A DNA stretch of 64,000 nt, taken from NCBI GenBank assembly GCA_044223005.1, contig JBGAML010000001.1:32001-96000 (forward strand). The letters are read 5' to 3'. The position numbers and the translations under genes were made by a program. This DNA is from Candidatus Eiseniibacteriota bacterium. Its GTDB lineage: Bacteria > Eisenbacteria > RBG-16-71-46. Each line of letters starts with the position of its first letter. Position 1 is the first letter of the stretch. Positions 18,106 to 28,403 of this stretch are shown here, in pieces. The notes beneath the pieces were generated by a model, which made no database searches, was not told the origin of the DNA, and saw only the letters and a list, made by a program, of their open reading frames with translations.

Positions 18106-20394
18106 TCAACCGCGCCGCTTGCCCCCGAGCAGCATCTCGCGCCCGACCAGCAGCAGCAGGAGCGTGAGGATCACGAACGGGATCACCGAGAGCGCATCGG
18201 CATGCGGACCGCCGTAGAACGGGTTGGCCGTTTCCGCCCAGTGCTGGAGCGCCGCGTCGAGCTTCTCGCGCGTGCCGGCGATGAACGCGATCACGATGCC
18301 GGCGATCGCGCCGCCCGCGATGTAGCCGCTCGCCATGAGCACGCCGGGACTCTTGTCGCCCTCGGCCCCGAGCTGCTCCTCGGTGAGGTTCCGGTGCGCG
18401 AGCTCCTTGCGGCGCGCACGGTCCACGAGCCAGCGCACGGCACCGCCCACGAGGATCGGCGTGCTGGACGAAAGCGGCAGGTAGACGCCGACCGCGAACG
18501 CCAGCGACGGGATGCCGGAGAGCTCGAGCACCACCGCGATCATGACGCCGAACAGCACCAGCCCCCACGGCAGGTGCCGGTCGAGGATGCCCTTGATGAT
18601 GTAGCTCATGAGCGTCGCCTTGGGCGCGTCGAACTTGTGCACGAGCGTGCCGTCGGGACGCTTGTTGTAGGCGCCATTGATGCCCGGGTCCACGAGCCAC
18701 ACCGGACGGCCGGAGTCGTCGACGAGGTAGCGGCCCGCGGGCGCGCCGGCGTCGTCACGCTTCTGCCAGACGTGGTAGGTGCGCGTGTCGCTCGCGGCTT
18801 GCGCGCCGCGGACGTGGTCGGTGTGCGCGGGGATCGTCGCCAGGTCCACCGAGGGCGGCGTCGAGGTGACCTGCGCGATCGGCACGTACACGGTGGCCGC
18901 CTCGTTCAGCTTGAGCAGGATCGGGCCCAGCACGAGCGCCGACAGCAGCGCGCCGATCAGGATCGCGATCTGCTGGTAGCGCGGCGTGGCGCCGACGAGA
19001 TAGCCGGTCTTCAGGTCCTGCGAGGTCGAACCGCCGTTGGAGGCGGCGATACAGACGATGCCGCCGACCGAGAGGGCCGTGACGTACCACGTCGCGCCGG
19101 TCCAGCCGAGCAGCAGGAAGATCAGGCACGTGAGCAGCAGCGTGGCGACGGTCATGCCGGAGATCGGATTGCTCGACGAGCCGATCTCCCCGGTCAGCCG
19201 GCTCGAGACGGTGACGAACAGGAACCCGAAGATCACGATCAGGATCGCGCCCAGCGCGTTCATGTGCAGTGACGGCGACAGCACGATCGCCAGCACCAGC
19301 AGCGCGATCCCGCCGAACACGAACTTGCTGCCGAGATCGCTGTCGATGCGCTGCGCGGGCCCGGAGGCCTTGGAGCCGCCGACATCGCGCAGGCCCTCGC
19401 GCAGGCCGTGCCAGATGATCGGCAGCGAGCGCACGAGGCTGATGATGCCGCCCGCGGCCACGGCGCCGGCGCCGATGTAGAGCACGTACGCGCCGCGAAT
19501 CTGGTTGGGGCTCATCTCGGAGATCGGGATCGTCCCGGGCGCCAGCGGGCCGGCGATGGCGCTGCCGAAGAACTTGATCATGGGGATCAGCACGAGGTAT
19601 GCGAGCACGCCGCCGGCGCACATCACGGCCGCGATCTGCGGACCGATGATGTAGCCCACGCCCAGCAGCTCGGGCGAGATCTCGGCCGAGATCGAACCGG
19701 CCTCGAACGGCTTGGAGAAGATCTTCTCGGGCGTGTCCTTCCACGCCCGGAACGCCGACATGGCGGTCTTGTACACGAGCCCGATCCCGAACCCGGCGAA
19801 GATCGTGCGCGCGCTGATGCCCTCGCCGCCCGACGCGGCGGCCTCGGCGCGCGCCGCCTCCGACGCGACCGCGCGCGATTCCTCGGAGGCGCCGGCCTTG
19901 AGCACCTCGGCGCAGGCGGTGCCCTCGGGGTACTTGAGCTTGCCGTGCTGGGCCACGATCAGCGCGCGGCGCAGCGGGATCATCATGAGGATCCCGAGCA
20001 GGCCGCCCAGCGTGGCGACGAGCGCGACACGCGTGAGCTCGAGATCGAAGCCGAGAATCATGATCGCGGGCATGGTGACGCCGACGCCGAACGCGATCGA
20101 CTCGCCGGCGGACCCTGCGGTCTGCGCGATGTTGTTCTCGAGGATCGTCGCGTCCTTCACACCGGCGAGCGAGAGCAGCTTGAAGAGCGTGATCGAGATG
20201 ACCGCCACCGGGATCGAGGCGCTCACGGTGAGCCCGACCTTGAGCACCAGGTAGAGCGACGAGGCACCGAACACCATGCCGAGCAGGGCGCCGACGAGCA
20301 CGCCGCGCCAGGTGAACTCGCGCAGGTGCGTTTCGGACGCGATGTACGGAACGAAGCGGGCGGGCGGTGCGGACGAGGGCGACGAGCTGCTCAT
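18106..20394 (-). CDS. OPT family oligopeptide transporter
   Basis: YL.LKVGLTVSASIP, ILENNI.QT.GSAGE, YPEGTACAEVL, SNPISGM, QDLKTG.LVGATP, APKA.LM. Confidence 0.95.
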   Translation of the reverse strand: MSSSSPSSAPPARFVPYIASETHLREFTWRGVLVGALLGMVFGASSLYLVLKVGLTVSASIPVAVISITLFKLLSLAGVKDATILENNIAQTAGSAGESIAFGVGVTMPAIMILGFDLELTRVALVATLGGLLGILMMIPLRRALIVAQHGKLKYPEGTACAEVLKAGASEESRAVASEAARAEAAASGGEGISARTIFAGFGIGLVYKTAMSAFRAWKDTPEKIFSKPFEAGSISAEISPELLGVGYIIGPQIAAVMCAGGVLAYLVLIPMIKFFGSAIAGPLAPGTIPISEMSPNQIRGAYVLYIGAGAVAAGGIISLVRSLPIIWHGLREGLRDVGGSKASGPAQRIDSDLGSKFVFGGIALLVLAIVLSPSLHMNALGAILIVIFGFLFVTVSSRLTGEIGSSSNPISGMTVATLLLTCLIFLLLGWTGATWYVTALSVGGIVCIAASNGGSTSQDLKTGYLVGATPRYQQIAILIGALLSALVLGPILLKLNEAATVYVPIAQVTSTPPSVDLATIPAHTDHVRGAQAASDTRTYHVWQKRDDAGAPAGRYLVDDSGRPVWLVDPGINGAYNKRPDGTLVHKFDAPKATLMSYIIKGILDRHLPWGLVLFGVMIAVVLELSGIPSLAFAVGVYLPLSSSTPILVGGAVRWLVDRARRKELAHRNLTEEQLGAEGDKSPGVLMASGYIAGGAIAGIVIAFIAGTREKLDAALQHWAETANPFYGGPHADALSVIPFVILTLLLLLVGREMLLGGKRRG

Positions 20395-20513
20395 GGGCAG
20401 GCCTCCGGGACCGGAAAAGCGGACGCGCCACTCTAATGGAGATTCCGGGGCCAGGCACCCGGACCCGGCAAGCGCCCGGGATCGGGCCACGGACGCTGGC
20501 GCCGGCCCGCCCC

Positions 20514-20980
20514 ACTGCCAACCTCGGCCCGCCCCACCGCGGGTGAGACCGGGGAGCGGGCACCCGCGCGACCCGTCGCGAACGTCGGCCCGCCCCACCG
20601 CGCCGGCGACGGGGACACGTGAGGACGGCCCGCTCGGCTCGACTTCGTGTCTCGCCTCACTGCCTCCAGACGCGACTCTCGCCATCCATGGCTACGTCGC
20701 GTCTCGGACGCACCGCCCTCACGTGTCCCCGTCGCCGGCGCTGTCCCGCCCCCGATCCGCGCGAACATCGGGCGGCGCCTCTCCCTGCCTTGCGCATGAG
20801 GGCGGGGCGGCAGCGGGTGAGACCGAGGGGCGCGAAGACGGTGCGCCCGAGGCGCGAGCGAAGCCAGGGATGGCGGGAGCCGCGCCTGGATGCAGTGAGG
20901 TGAGGCAGGATGCCGAACCGAACGGGCCGTCTTCGCGCCCCCCGGTCTCACCCGCGGTGGGGCGGGCCGACGTGGGCAGT
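20514..20980. repeat. Nested inverted-repeat element (MITE/REP-composite-like)
   Basis: 41-bp terminal IR with a perfect 31-bp core (20524-20554 / 20940-20970) enclosing two inverted, related hairpin modules (~20600-20740 and ~20813-20955). Confidence 0.8.
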
Positions 20981-21050
20981 CGCGCGAGCCGAGGTAGGCG
21001 GTCGCGCGGGCCGACGTCGGCAGTTGCGTGGGCCAACATTGGCAGTCGTG
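20963..21050 (+). repeat. Four 22-bp tandem repeats, consensus near CGGGCCGACGTNGGCAGTCGCG
   Basis: Units at 20963, 20985, 21007 and 21029, plus a partial unit at 21051. Confidence 0.8.
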
Positions 21051-21196
21051 CGGCCCAACAGGCATGTTGAGACACGTTTCCGGGCGTATCGAACCGGGGG
21101 CGCCTCGTTGTATGCTTCCCTGGCTGTTCTCGGCGATGCATGTCCATCCCGAGCCATCCGCGGCCCGCAGGTCGCGCACGGCGCTCGCCACGAGAC

Positions 21197-21236
21197 GCCG
21201 GGAGACACGGTGCCCGAGAGCCCCGACTTCGCCGGC
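21197..21236 (+). promoter_or_regulatory. Conserved leader motif, copy 1 (mmsA), PyrR-loop-like putative cis-regulatory RNA
   Basis: GGGAGACACGGTGCCCGAGAGCCCCGACTT, 28/30 identical to 39537-39566; closed by a GCCGG/CCGGC stem. Confidence 0.7.
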
Positions 21237-21265
21237 AGGTCCCAACCGCCAAAGGGGTTCCATCG

Positions 21266-22816
<1,551 letters not shown>

Positions 22817-22903
22817 CGTCCCCCGGCATTCGAGCGTTCGTTGGGACCGCTCACGGGCTTCCGGTATCCACGCGTCCGTGCCACACACCATCGAGGAGGG
22901 GTG

Positions 22904-23377
22904 ATGGCGGATCTCGAATCTGGTCCCGACCGGCCGGCGGAAGCGCCAGCATCGCGCCGGCAGTTCCTCACCGCGCTCTCGCGCACGCTGCTGGGCCTGT
23001 GGGCCCTCGGCGGCGCGGGCGTCGTCGCCGCCTACATGCGGGCGCCCGAGCGCGGTGAAGGCACGGAGCAGGGCGGCCGGCTCGTCCGGATCGGCCCGCT
23101 CACCGATCTGCGGATCGGCGAGGCCCGGCTCGTGCGCCACGGCGTGCAGCCCTTCTTCGTGATCCGCACCAGCGAAACGAGCGTCACCGCCCTCTCGGCC
23201 GTGTGCACGCACGTGCGCTGCATCCTCAACTACGACCGCGATCGCCGCGCCATCGTGTGCCCCTGCCACGACGGGCGTTTCGACCTGAACGGCAACGTCC
23301 TCTCGGGCCCGCCGCCGCGCGCGCTGCCCACGTACGAGGTGAGCCAGCGCGCGGGCGAGGTCTTCGTCCGGGTATGA
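22904..23377 (+). CDS. Rieske 2Fe-2S subunit (QcrA/PetC-like)
   Basis: Tat motif SRRQFL plus TM helix, CTHVRC, CPCHDG, GPPPR.L. Confidence 0.93.
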   Translation: MADLESGPDRPAEAPASRRQFLTALSRTLLGLWALGGAGVVAAYMRAPERGEGTEQGGRLVRIGPLTDLRIGEARLVRHGVQPFFVIRTSETSVTALSAVCTHVRCILNYDRDRRAIVCPCHDGRFDLNGNVLSGPPPRALPTYEVSQRAGEVFVRV

Positions 23378-24531
23378 GCGCGACGCCGCAGGTCCCGCCA
23401 CGCGGGCCGCATGCTCCGACTTCGACGCGCTGGGCCATCCTCGAATGGTTCGAGCAGCGCCTGAACGTCGCCGAGCTCTTCTCGTTCCTCACGCACTTCG
23501 GCATCGTCTACACGCCCGTCGACACGCGGAAGCCCCTGCGCCAGACGCTGCGCGAGATCGCCGAGACCCCGCTCGTCTCCTACGCCCGCTGGCCGTACGT
23601 GCTCGGCCTGCTGACCGCGCTGCTGTTCGGGCTCGAAGCGGTGACGGGCATGCTGCTGGCGTTCTACTACCACCCCACCGCCGAGGGCGCGTACGACAGC
23701 ACCGCCGGTATCCTGCGCGACGTCCCGCTGGGCGCGTTCGTGCACGAGATGCACTTGTGGGGCGCCTACCTGCTCGTGGCCGTCGTGCTCGTGCGCATGG
23801 TGCGGCTCTTCTGGGAGCGGCTCTACGGTGCGCCGCGCGAGGTGCTCTGGCTCTCGTCCGTGCTGCTGGCGTGGCTCGTGATCCAACTCGACTTCACCGG
23901 CCGGCTGCTGCCCTGGGACGTGAAGTCCTACTGGGCGGCCGTGCGCGGGCTCGAGGTCGTCTGGGCACTGCCGGTGGTCGGGCCGTTCCTGTCGTTTCTC
24001 GTCGGGGGCCGCGTGATCAACGAGGACGTGCTGCTGCGCTTCTACGTCCTTCACATCATCGCGCTGCCGATCCTCTACCTGGGCGGCGTCTGGCTCACGT
24101 TCGCGACCATGCGCAAGATCGGGCTCAGCCAGCCGGCCGAGTCGCTCGCGCCGCAGCCGACCACGACGTTCCGGCGGCACGCGTACGACCTCGTGATCCT
24201 CAAGCTCCTGCTGTTCGCGGGCCTCGTCACGCTCGCGACGCTCGTGCCCTTCCACTTCCATGGACCGGCCGATCCCTACTCGACGCCGGCGGGCACCAAG
24301 CCGCCGTGGTACATGCTCGCGGCGTACGCGATGCTGCAGTGGATCCCCGGGCCACCGTGGATCGTGGGCACGCTCCTGCTCGTCGCGGCCTTCGCGGTGC
24401 CGTTCCTGCCGCTCTGGTCCGCGCGCAATCCCGGCAAGCTCGACGACGCCCGGCTCCGCCAGGTCGCGATCGCCTTCTTCGGCGTCTGGCTCGCGCTCAC
24501 GCTGGTGGGCGTGTTCGTGGGGCACAAGTGA
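23374..24531 (+). CDS. Cytochrome b of a Rieske/cytb complex (unsplit), atypical heme ligands
   Basis: VTG.LLAFYY.PT...AY.S, H.WGA, FTG.LLPWD, RFYVLH, P..TP...KPPWY; ATGA overlap with the Rieske gene. Confidence 0.9.
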   Translation: MSATPQVPPRGPHAPTSTRWAILEWFEQRLNVAELFSFLTHFGIVYTPVDTRKPLRQTLREIAETPLVSYARWPYVLGLLTALLFGLEAVTGMLLAFYYHPTAEGAYDSTAGILRDVPLGAFVHEMHLWGAYLLVAVVLVRMVRLFWERLYGAPREVLWLSSVLLAWLVIQLDFTGRLLPWDVKSYWAAVRGLEVVWALPVVGPFLSFLVGGRVINEDVLLRFYVLHIIALPILYLGGVWLTFATMRKIGLSQPAESLAPQPTTTFRRHAYDLVILKLLLFAGLVTLATLVPFHFHGPADPYSTPAGTKPPWYMLAAYAMLQWIPGPPWIVGTLLLVAAFAVPFLPLWSARNPGKLDDARLRQVAIAFFGVWLALTLVGVFVGHK

Positions 24532-25784
24532 GCGCGCGCGCGGGTCGCACCCGCCTCGCGCTCGTCGCGGCCGGCCTCGCCGCGCTGCTCGCGGTCCCGG
24601 CACTCGCCCAGCGGCAGATGATCGTGCCGCAGGCCCCCGCCCGCATCGTCACGCCCCAGTCCGGCAAGTGCGGCATGTGCCATCCGGCCGACCGCGTCGC
24701 GTTCGAGAAGAGCCCGCACGCACGCGAGGAACTGCACTGCACGACCTGCCATGGCGGCGACGACACCACCATGGACAAGGCCGCCGCGCACGGGAAGGGC
24801 TTCACGGGTCACGTCACCAAGGCGGCCGTCCCACAGATGTGCGGCGGCTGCCACTCGGACGAGAAGGCCATGCGGCCGTACGACCTGCCCGTGGACCAGC
24901 TCGAGCTCTACCGCACGTCGAAGCACGGCATCCTGCTCGCCCAGGGCGACACGCAGGTGGCGGTCTGCTCCGACTGCCACGGCGGCCACGACATCCTGCC
25001 CGCCAGCGACCCGGCGAGCCGCGTCTTCCCGACCAACATCCCGAAGACCTGCGGCGGCTGCCACGGCGACACGACGCTGGTCCGCCAGCGCAAGATCCAC
25101 AACGCGTACGCGGACTACCTGACCAGCGTGCACGCGCACCAGCTGTACGACCTCGGCAACCTGCGCGCACCCACGTGCGTCGGCTGTCACGGCGTGCACG
25201 GTGCGGCGCCGCCCGAGGTGGGCGACGTCACCAAGGTCTGCGGCCGCTGCCACACCGCCGAACGCCGCGCCTTCATCGCCGGCCCGCACGCCGCGGGCAT
25301 GGCGAAGAAGGACGTGCCCGAGTGCATCGCCTGCCACGGCGATCACGCGATCCAGCCGAGCGTGACCGAGCGGCTGGGGACGAGCTGCGTGAAGTGCCAC
25401 GAGAAGGGCAGCAAGCTCGAGCGGATGGGTCCGATGATGCTCGCGGACTACCAGTCCGCGGTGGCCGAGATCGGCAAGGCCGAGAAACTGATCGCGAAGG
25501 CCGACGCCGTTCCGCTCGCGACCGAGGACTACCACGCCCGCGTCGAGGAGGCCCGCACGTACCTGCGCGAGGCCATGACCGCGGCGCACGCAGTCGAGCC
25601 CGAACAGATGGCCGGGTTCGTCATGCGGGCGCGTTCGGTCGGCACCGAGATCCAGGGCGAGCTGAAGCGCAAGTTCGCGGACCGGTTCACGGCCCAGCTC
25701 ATGATCATCGTGTTCTGGTTCTACGTGATCCTGACCGTGAGCATTCTCCGCCGCGTGCGGGATCGACAGGACCGGAGCGCCTAG
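24528..25784 (+). CDS. Nonaheme cytochrome c with C-terminal membrane anchor
   Basis: GTGA overlap with cytochrome b, signal peptide, 9 CxxCH, helical region, C-terminal TM helix. Confidence 0.9.
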   Translation: MSARAGRTRLALVAAGLAALLAVPALAQRQMIVPQAPARIVTPQSGKCGMCHPADRVAFEKSPHAREELHCTTCHGGDDTTMDKAAAHGKGFTGHVTKAAVPQMCGGCHSDEKAMRPYDLPVDQLELYRTSKHGILLAQGDTQVAVCSDCHGGHDILPASDPASRVFPTNIPKTCGGCHGDTTLVRQRKIHNAYADYLTSVHAHQLYDLGNLRAPTCVGCHGVHGAAPPEVGDVTKVCGRCHTAERRAFIAGPHAAGMAKKDVPECIACHGDHAIQPSVTERLGTSCVKCHEKGSKLERMGPMMLADYQSAVAEIGKAEKLIAKADAVPLATEDYHARVEEARTYLREAMTAAHAVEPEQMAGFVMRARSVGTEIQGELKRKFADRFTAQLMIIVFWFYVILTVSILRRVRDRQDRSA

Positions 25785-27614
25785 ATGCCTCGAATCCCGG
25801 GATTCGGGCCGGGTTCGCCGCTGGCGGCCTGGGGCGAGAAGCTCCGGGCGCGCCTGCCGGCGCCGCTCGCGCGCGCCGTGCTGCCGGGCGCGACGCTGTT
25901 CATCGCGTTCGGGATCCTGGCGATGCTCGCGTTCATCCAGGTGTCTTCGACGCCCACGTTCTGCGGCAGTATCTGCCACATCATGAAGCCGTACTACCAG
26001 TCGTGGGCGCGCTCGAAGCACAACAAGATCGCCTGCGTCGAGTGCCACATCTCGCCCGGCATCACGGCCGAGGTCCGCAAGAAGATCGAGGCGGCCAACA
26101 TGGTCGTGAAGTACGTCACCGCAACCTACGGAACCAAGCCGTGGGCCGAGGTCGACGATGCGGCGTGCCTGCGCTGCCACCAGCGCCGGCTGCTCGAAGG
26201 ACGCGTCACGTTCCACGGCGTGCAGTTCGACCATCGCCCGCACCTGACCGAGGTCCGCCGTGGACTGCGACTGCGGTGCACGTCGTGTCACTCGCAGATC
26301 GTGCAGGGCATGCATCTCACGGTGACCACGTCGACGTGCGCGCTGTGCCACTTCAAGGACCAGAAGCTCAACTCGGGTCTGGGCGCCTGCCAGCGTTGTC
26401 ACGCGGTGCCGCAGAACGTGACGACGCCCGCCGGCACGGCGTTCGACCACTCCGAGGTGAGCGCGATGTCGATGCCCTGCCAGTCGTGCCACGCCGGCAT
26501 CGTGCGCGGCGACGGCTTCGTGCCGCGCGAGCGCTGCCTCACGTGCCACAACCAGCCGGACCGCCTCGCCAAGTACGATGACAAGGAATACCTGCACGAG
26601 TGGCACGTCACGAAGCACAAGGTCGACTGCCAGACCTGCCACGCGCCGATCGAGCACGGCCCCTCGCCGTTCAGCCCGCACCAGGTGATCCAGGCGTCGG
26701 AGACTGCGAGCTCGTGCAGCTCGTGCCACGGCGACGGCCACTCGCCGCAGCAGGATCTCTACGCGGGCGTCGGCGGACGCGGCGTCCCGGCGATGCCGAG
26801 CCCGATGTACATCACCGGCGTCACCTGCCAGGGCTGCCACAACCCGGCGTTCGGCACCCGCGTCGCGTCGTTCGAGTCGGCGCCCCTGCCCGCGGCGCCG
26901 TCGGGCGCCGTGGCGTGCATGTCCTGCCACGGACCGAAGTACGACGAGATCTACCGCTCGTGGAAGCAGGCGGTCGACGAACGCACGGCGGCGATCCGCG
27001 CGCAGATGCAGGCGACGGCCGGCGCGATGGGTGGCGACGCCCCGCAGGCGTGGGACGACGCGAAGCACAACTTCGCGCTGGTCTCCGACGGGCACGGCAT
27101 CCACAACATCAACTTCTCGTACGCGCTGCTCGAGAAGGCGCACGACCAGCTCAACGCGGCCCGCGCCGCGCGCGGCATGGGCGCCCTGCCGCTGCCGTGG
27201 AAGACGATCGGCAAGGATCCCGATCGCTGCCTGAGCTGTCACCAGGGCATCGAGAAGAAGACGGGCGCGTACGGCGGGCTCGCGTTCGCGCACGGGCCGC
27301 ACCTGCTCGACGCCAAGATGGAGTGTGCCGAGTGTCACCGCACGCACGCCGAGCGCGCGCCCGGCGAGATCGTGCGCTACACGCCGGAGCAGTGCTCGTC
27401 GTGCCACCACAAGAAGCTCACGACGGCGAGCAAGCAGGTGTGCGGCAATTGCCACGGCGACATGCTCAAGAAGTCGTTCACGACCTTCCGCGGCCAGTTC
27501 CAGCACCAGCCGCACCTCGACGCCGGCGAAACGTGCGCCGGCTGCCACCTGATGCGCGCGGGCGACGTCCACCCGCCGCGCAGCAAGTGCGTGGAGTGTC
27601 ACGAGGGCTCGTGA
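25785..27614 (+). CDS. NapC/NirT-like membrane-anchored multiheme cytochrome c (17 CxxCH + 1 CxxxCH)
   Basis: N-terminal TM, S.P.FCGSICH.M.PYY.SW..S.H..I.CVECH, then 16 further CxxCH. Confidence 0.9.
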   Translation: MPRIPGFGPGSPLAAWGEKLRARLPAPLARAVLPGATLFIAFGILAMLAFIQVSSTPTFCGSICHIMKPYYQSWARSKHNKIACVECHISPGITAEVRKKIEAANMVVKYVTATYGTKPWAEVDDAACLRCHQRRLLEGRVTFHGVQFDHRPHLTEVRRGLRLRCTSCHSQIVQGMHLTVTTSTCALCHFKDQKLNSGLGACQRCHAVPQNVTTPAGTAFDHSEVSAMSMPCQSCHAGIVRGDGFVPRERCLTCHNQPDRLAKYDDKEYLHEWHVTKHKVDCQTCHAPIEHGPSPFSPHQVIQASETASSCSSCHGDGHSPQQDLYAGVGGRGVPAMPSPMYITGVTCQGCHNPAFGTRVASFESAPLPAAPSGAVACMSCHGPKYDEIYRSWKQAVDERTAAIRAQMQATAGAMGGDAPQAWDDAKHNFALVSDGHGIHNINFSYALLEKAHDQLNAARAARGMGALPLPWKTIGKDPDRCLSCHQGIEKKTGAYGGLAFAHGPHLLDAKMECAECHRTHAERAPGEIVRYTPEQCSSCHHKKLTTASKQVCGNCHGDMLKKSFTTFRGQFQHQPHLDAGETCAGCHLMRAGDVHPPRSKCVECHEGS

Positions 27615-27727
27615 GGTTTCCGGGAGCCGCGCGACGCGAACGTCGCGCGGCTCCCTCGTTTCGCCACCCCGGTCGCCCCCGGCCCGCGAATCCCGCCGCG
27701 GCCGCGAGCGGCCCCACCGGAGGCACC

Positions 27728-28318
27728 ATGCGACGCATCGCCCCGCTGCTCACGCTCCTCGCTCTCGTGGCCGGCGGGCACGCCGCGTACGCCAGCGCGG
27801 CCGCCGACACCTCGGCACTGGCCGCGGCGCGCACACTGGTCCGGTACACGATCGGCGAACGCATGATGGAGCCGATCTACCAGTTCAGCACGCAGCAGGC
27901 CTCGACCCAGTTCGAGGCGGCGATCCAGCCGACACTCGGCCGGGCGCTGACGGCGGAGGAGAAGCAGGATCTCGCGTCGTTCTGGTACGTGCAGATCAAG
28001 GAACTGCTCCCCTACTCGCAGATGGAAACCATGATCGTGCCGGTCGTGCTCGAGAACCTCTCGGCCGCCGACATCCGCGCCGCGAACGCCTTCTACGGCT
28101 CGCCCGCCGGCCAGCGCTTCCTGGCCGCGCAGCCCGCGGTGATCCAGGGTGCGCAGGCCGCCGGGCAGCGCATGGGCACCCAGCTGGTGACGCCCGAATG
28201 GACCGAACGGGTCATGCGCGACCTGCGCAAGCGCTTCCCGGCGTGGTTCGAGAACGAACGGGGTGCCGAGGGCGAAGACGGCGCGAAGAGCACCGATCCG
28301 AACACGCCGAGGAAGTGA
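27728..28318 (+). CDS. Secreted DUF2059-like protein
   Basis: GGAGG RBS, signal peptide, LS..DI.A..AFY.SPAGQ.F...QP motif. Confidence 0.75.
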   Translation: MRRIAPLLTLLALVAGGHAAYASAAADTSALAAARTLVRYTIGERMMEPIYQFSTQQASTQFEAAIQPTLGRALTAEEKQDLASFWYVQIKELLPYSQMETMIVPVVLENLSAADIRAANAFYGSPAGQRFLAAQPAVIQGAQAAGQRMGTQLVTPEWTERVMRDLRKRFPAWFENERGAEGEDGAKSTDPNTPRK

Positions 28319-28335
28319 CCGGGTCCCGCGCACGA

Positions 28336-28363
28336 AGCCCCGGCACCTCGCGGTGCCGGGGCT
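28336..28363. terminator. Bidirectional hairpin terminator
   Basis: AGCCCCGGCACC-TCGC-GGTGCCGGGGCT between convergent genes. Confidence 0.7.
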
Positions 28364-28403
28364 CGTTCGTGCGGCCCTTCGTCCAGCGTTCGGGTGCGCC
28401 GGA

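Noticed and set aside
20963..21060. CRISPR array
   Set aside because: The 22-bp units are contiguous with no unique spacers, are degenerate, and no cas genes are in the window.
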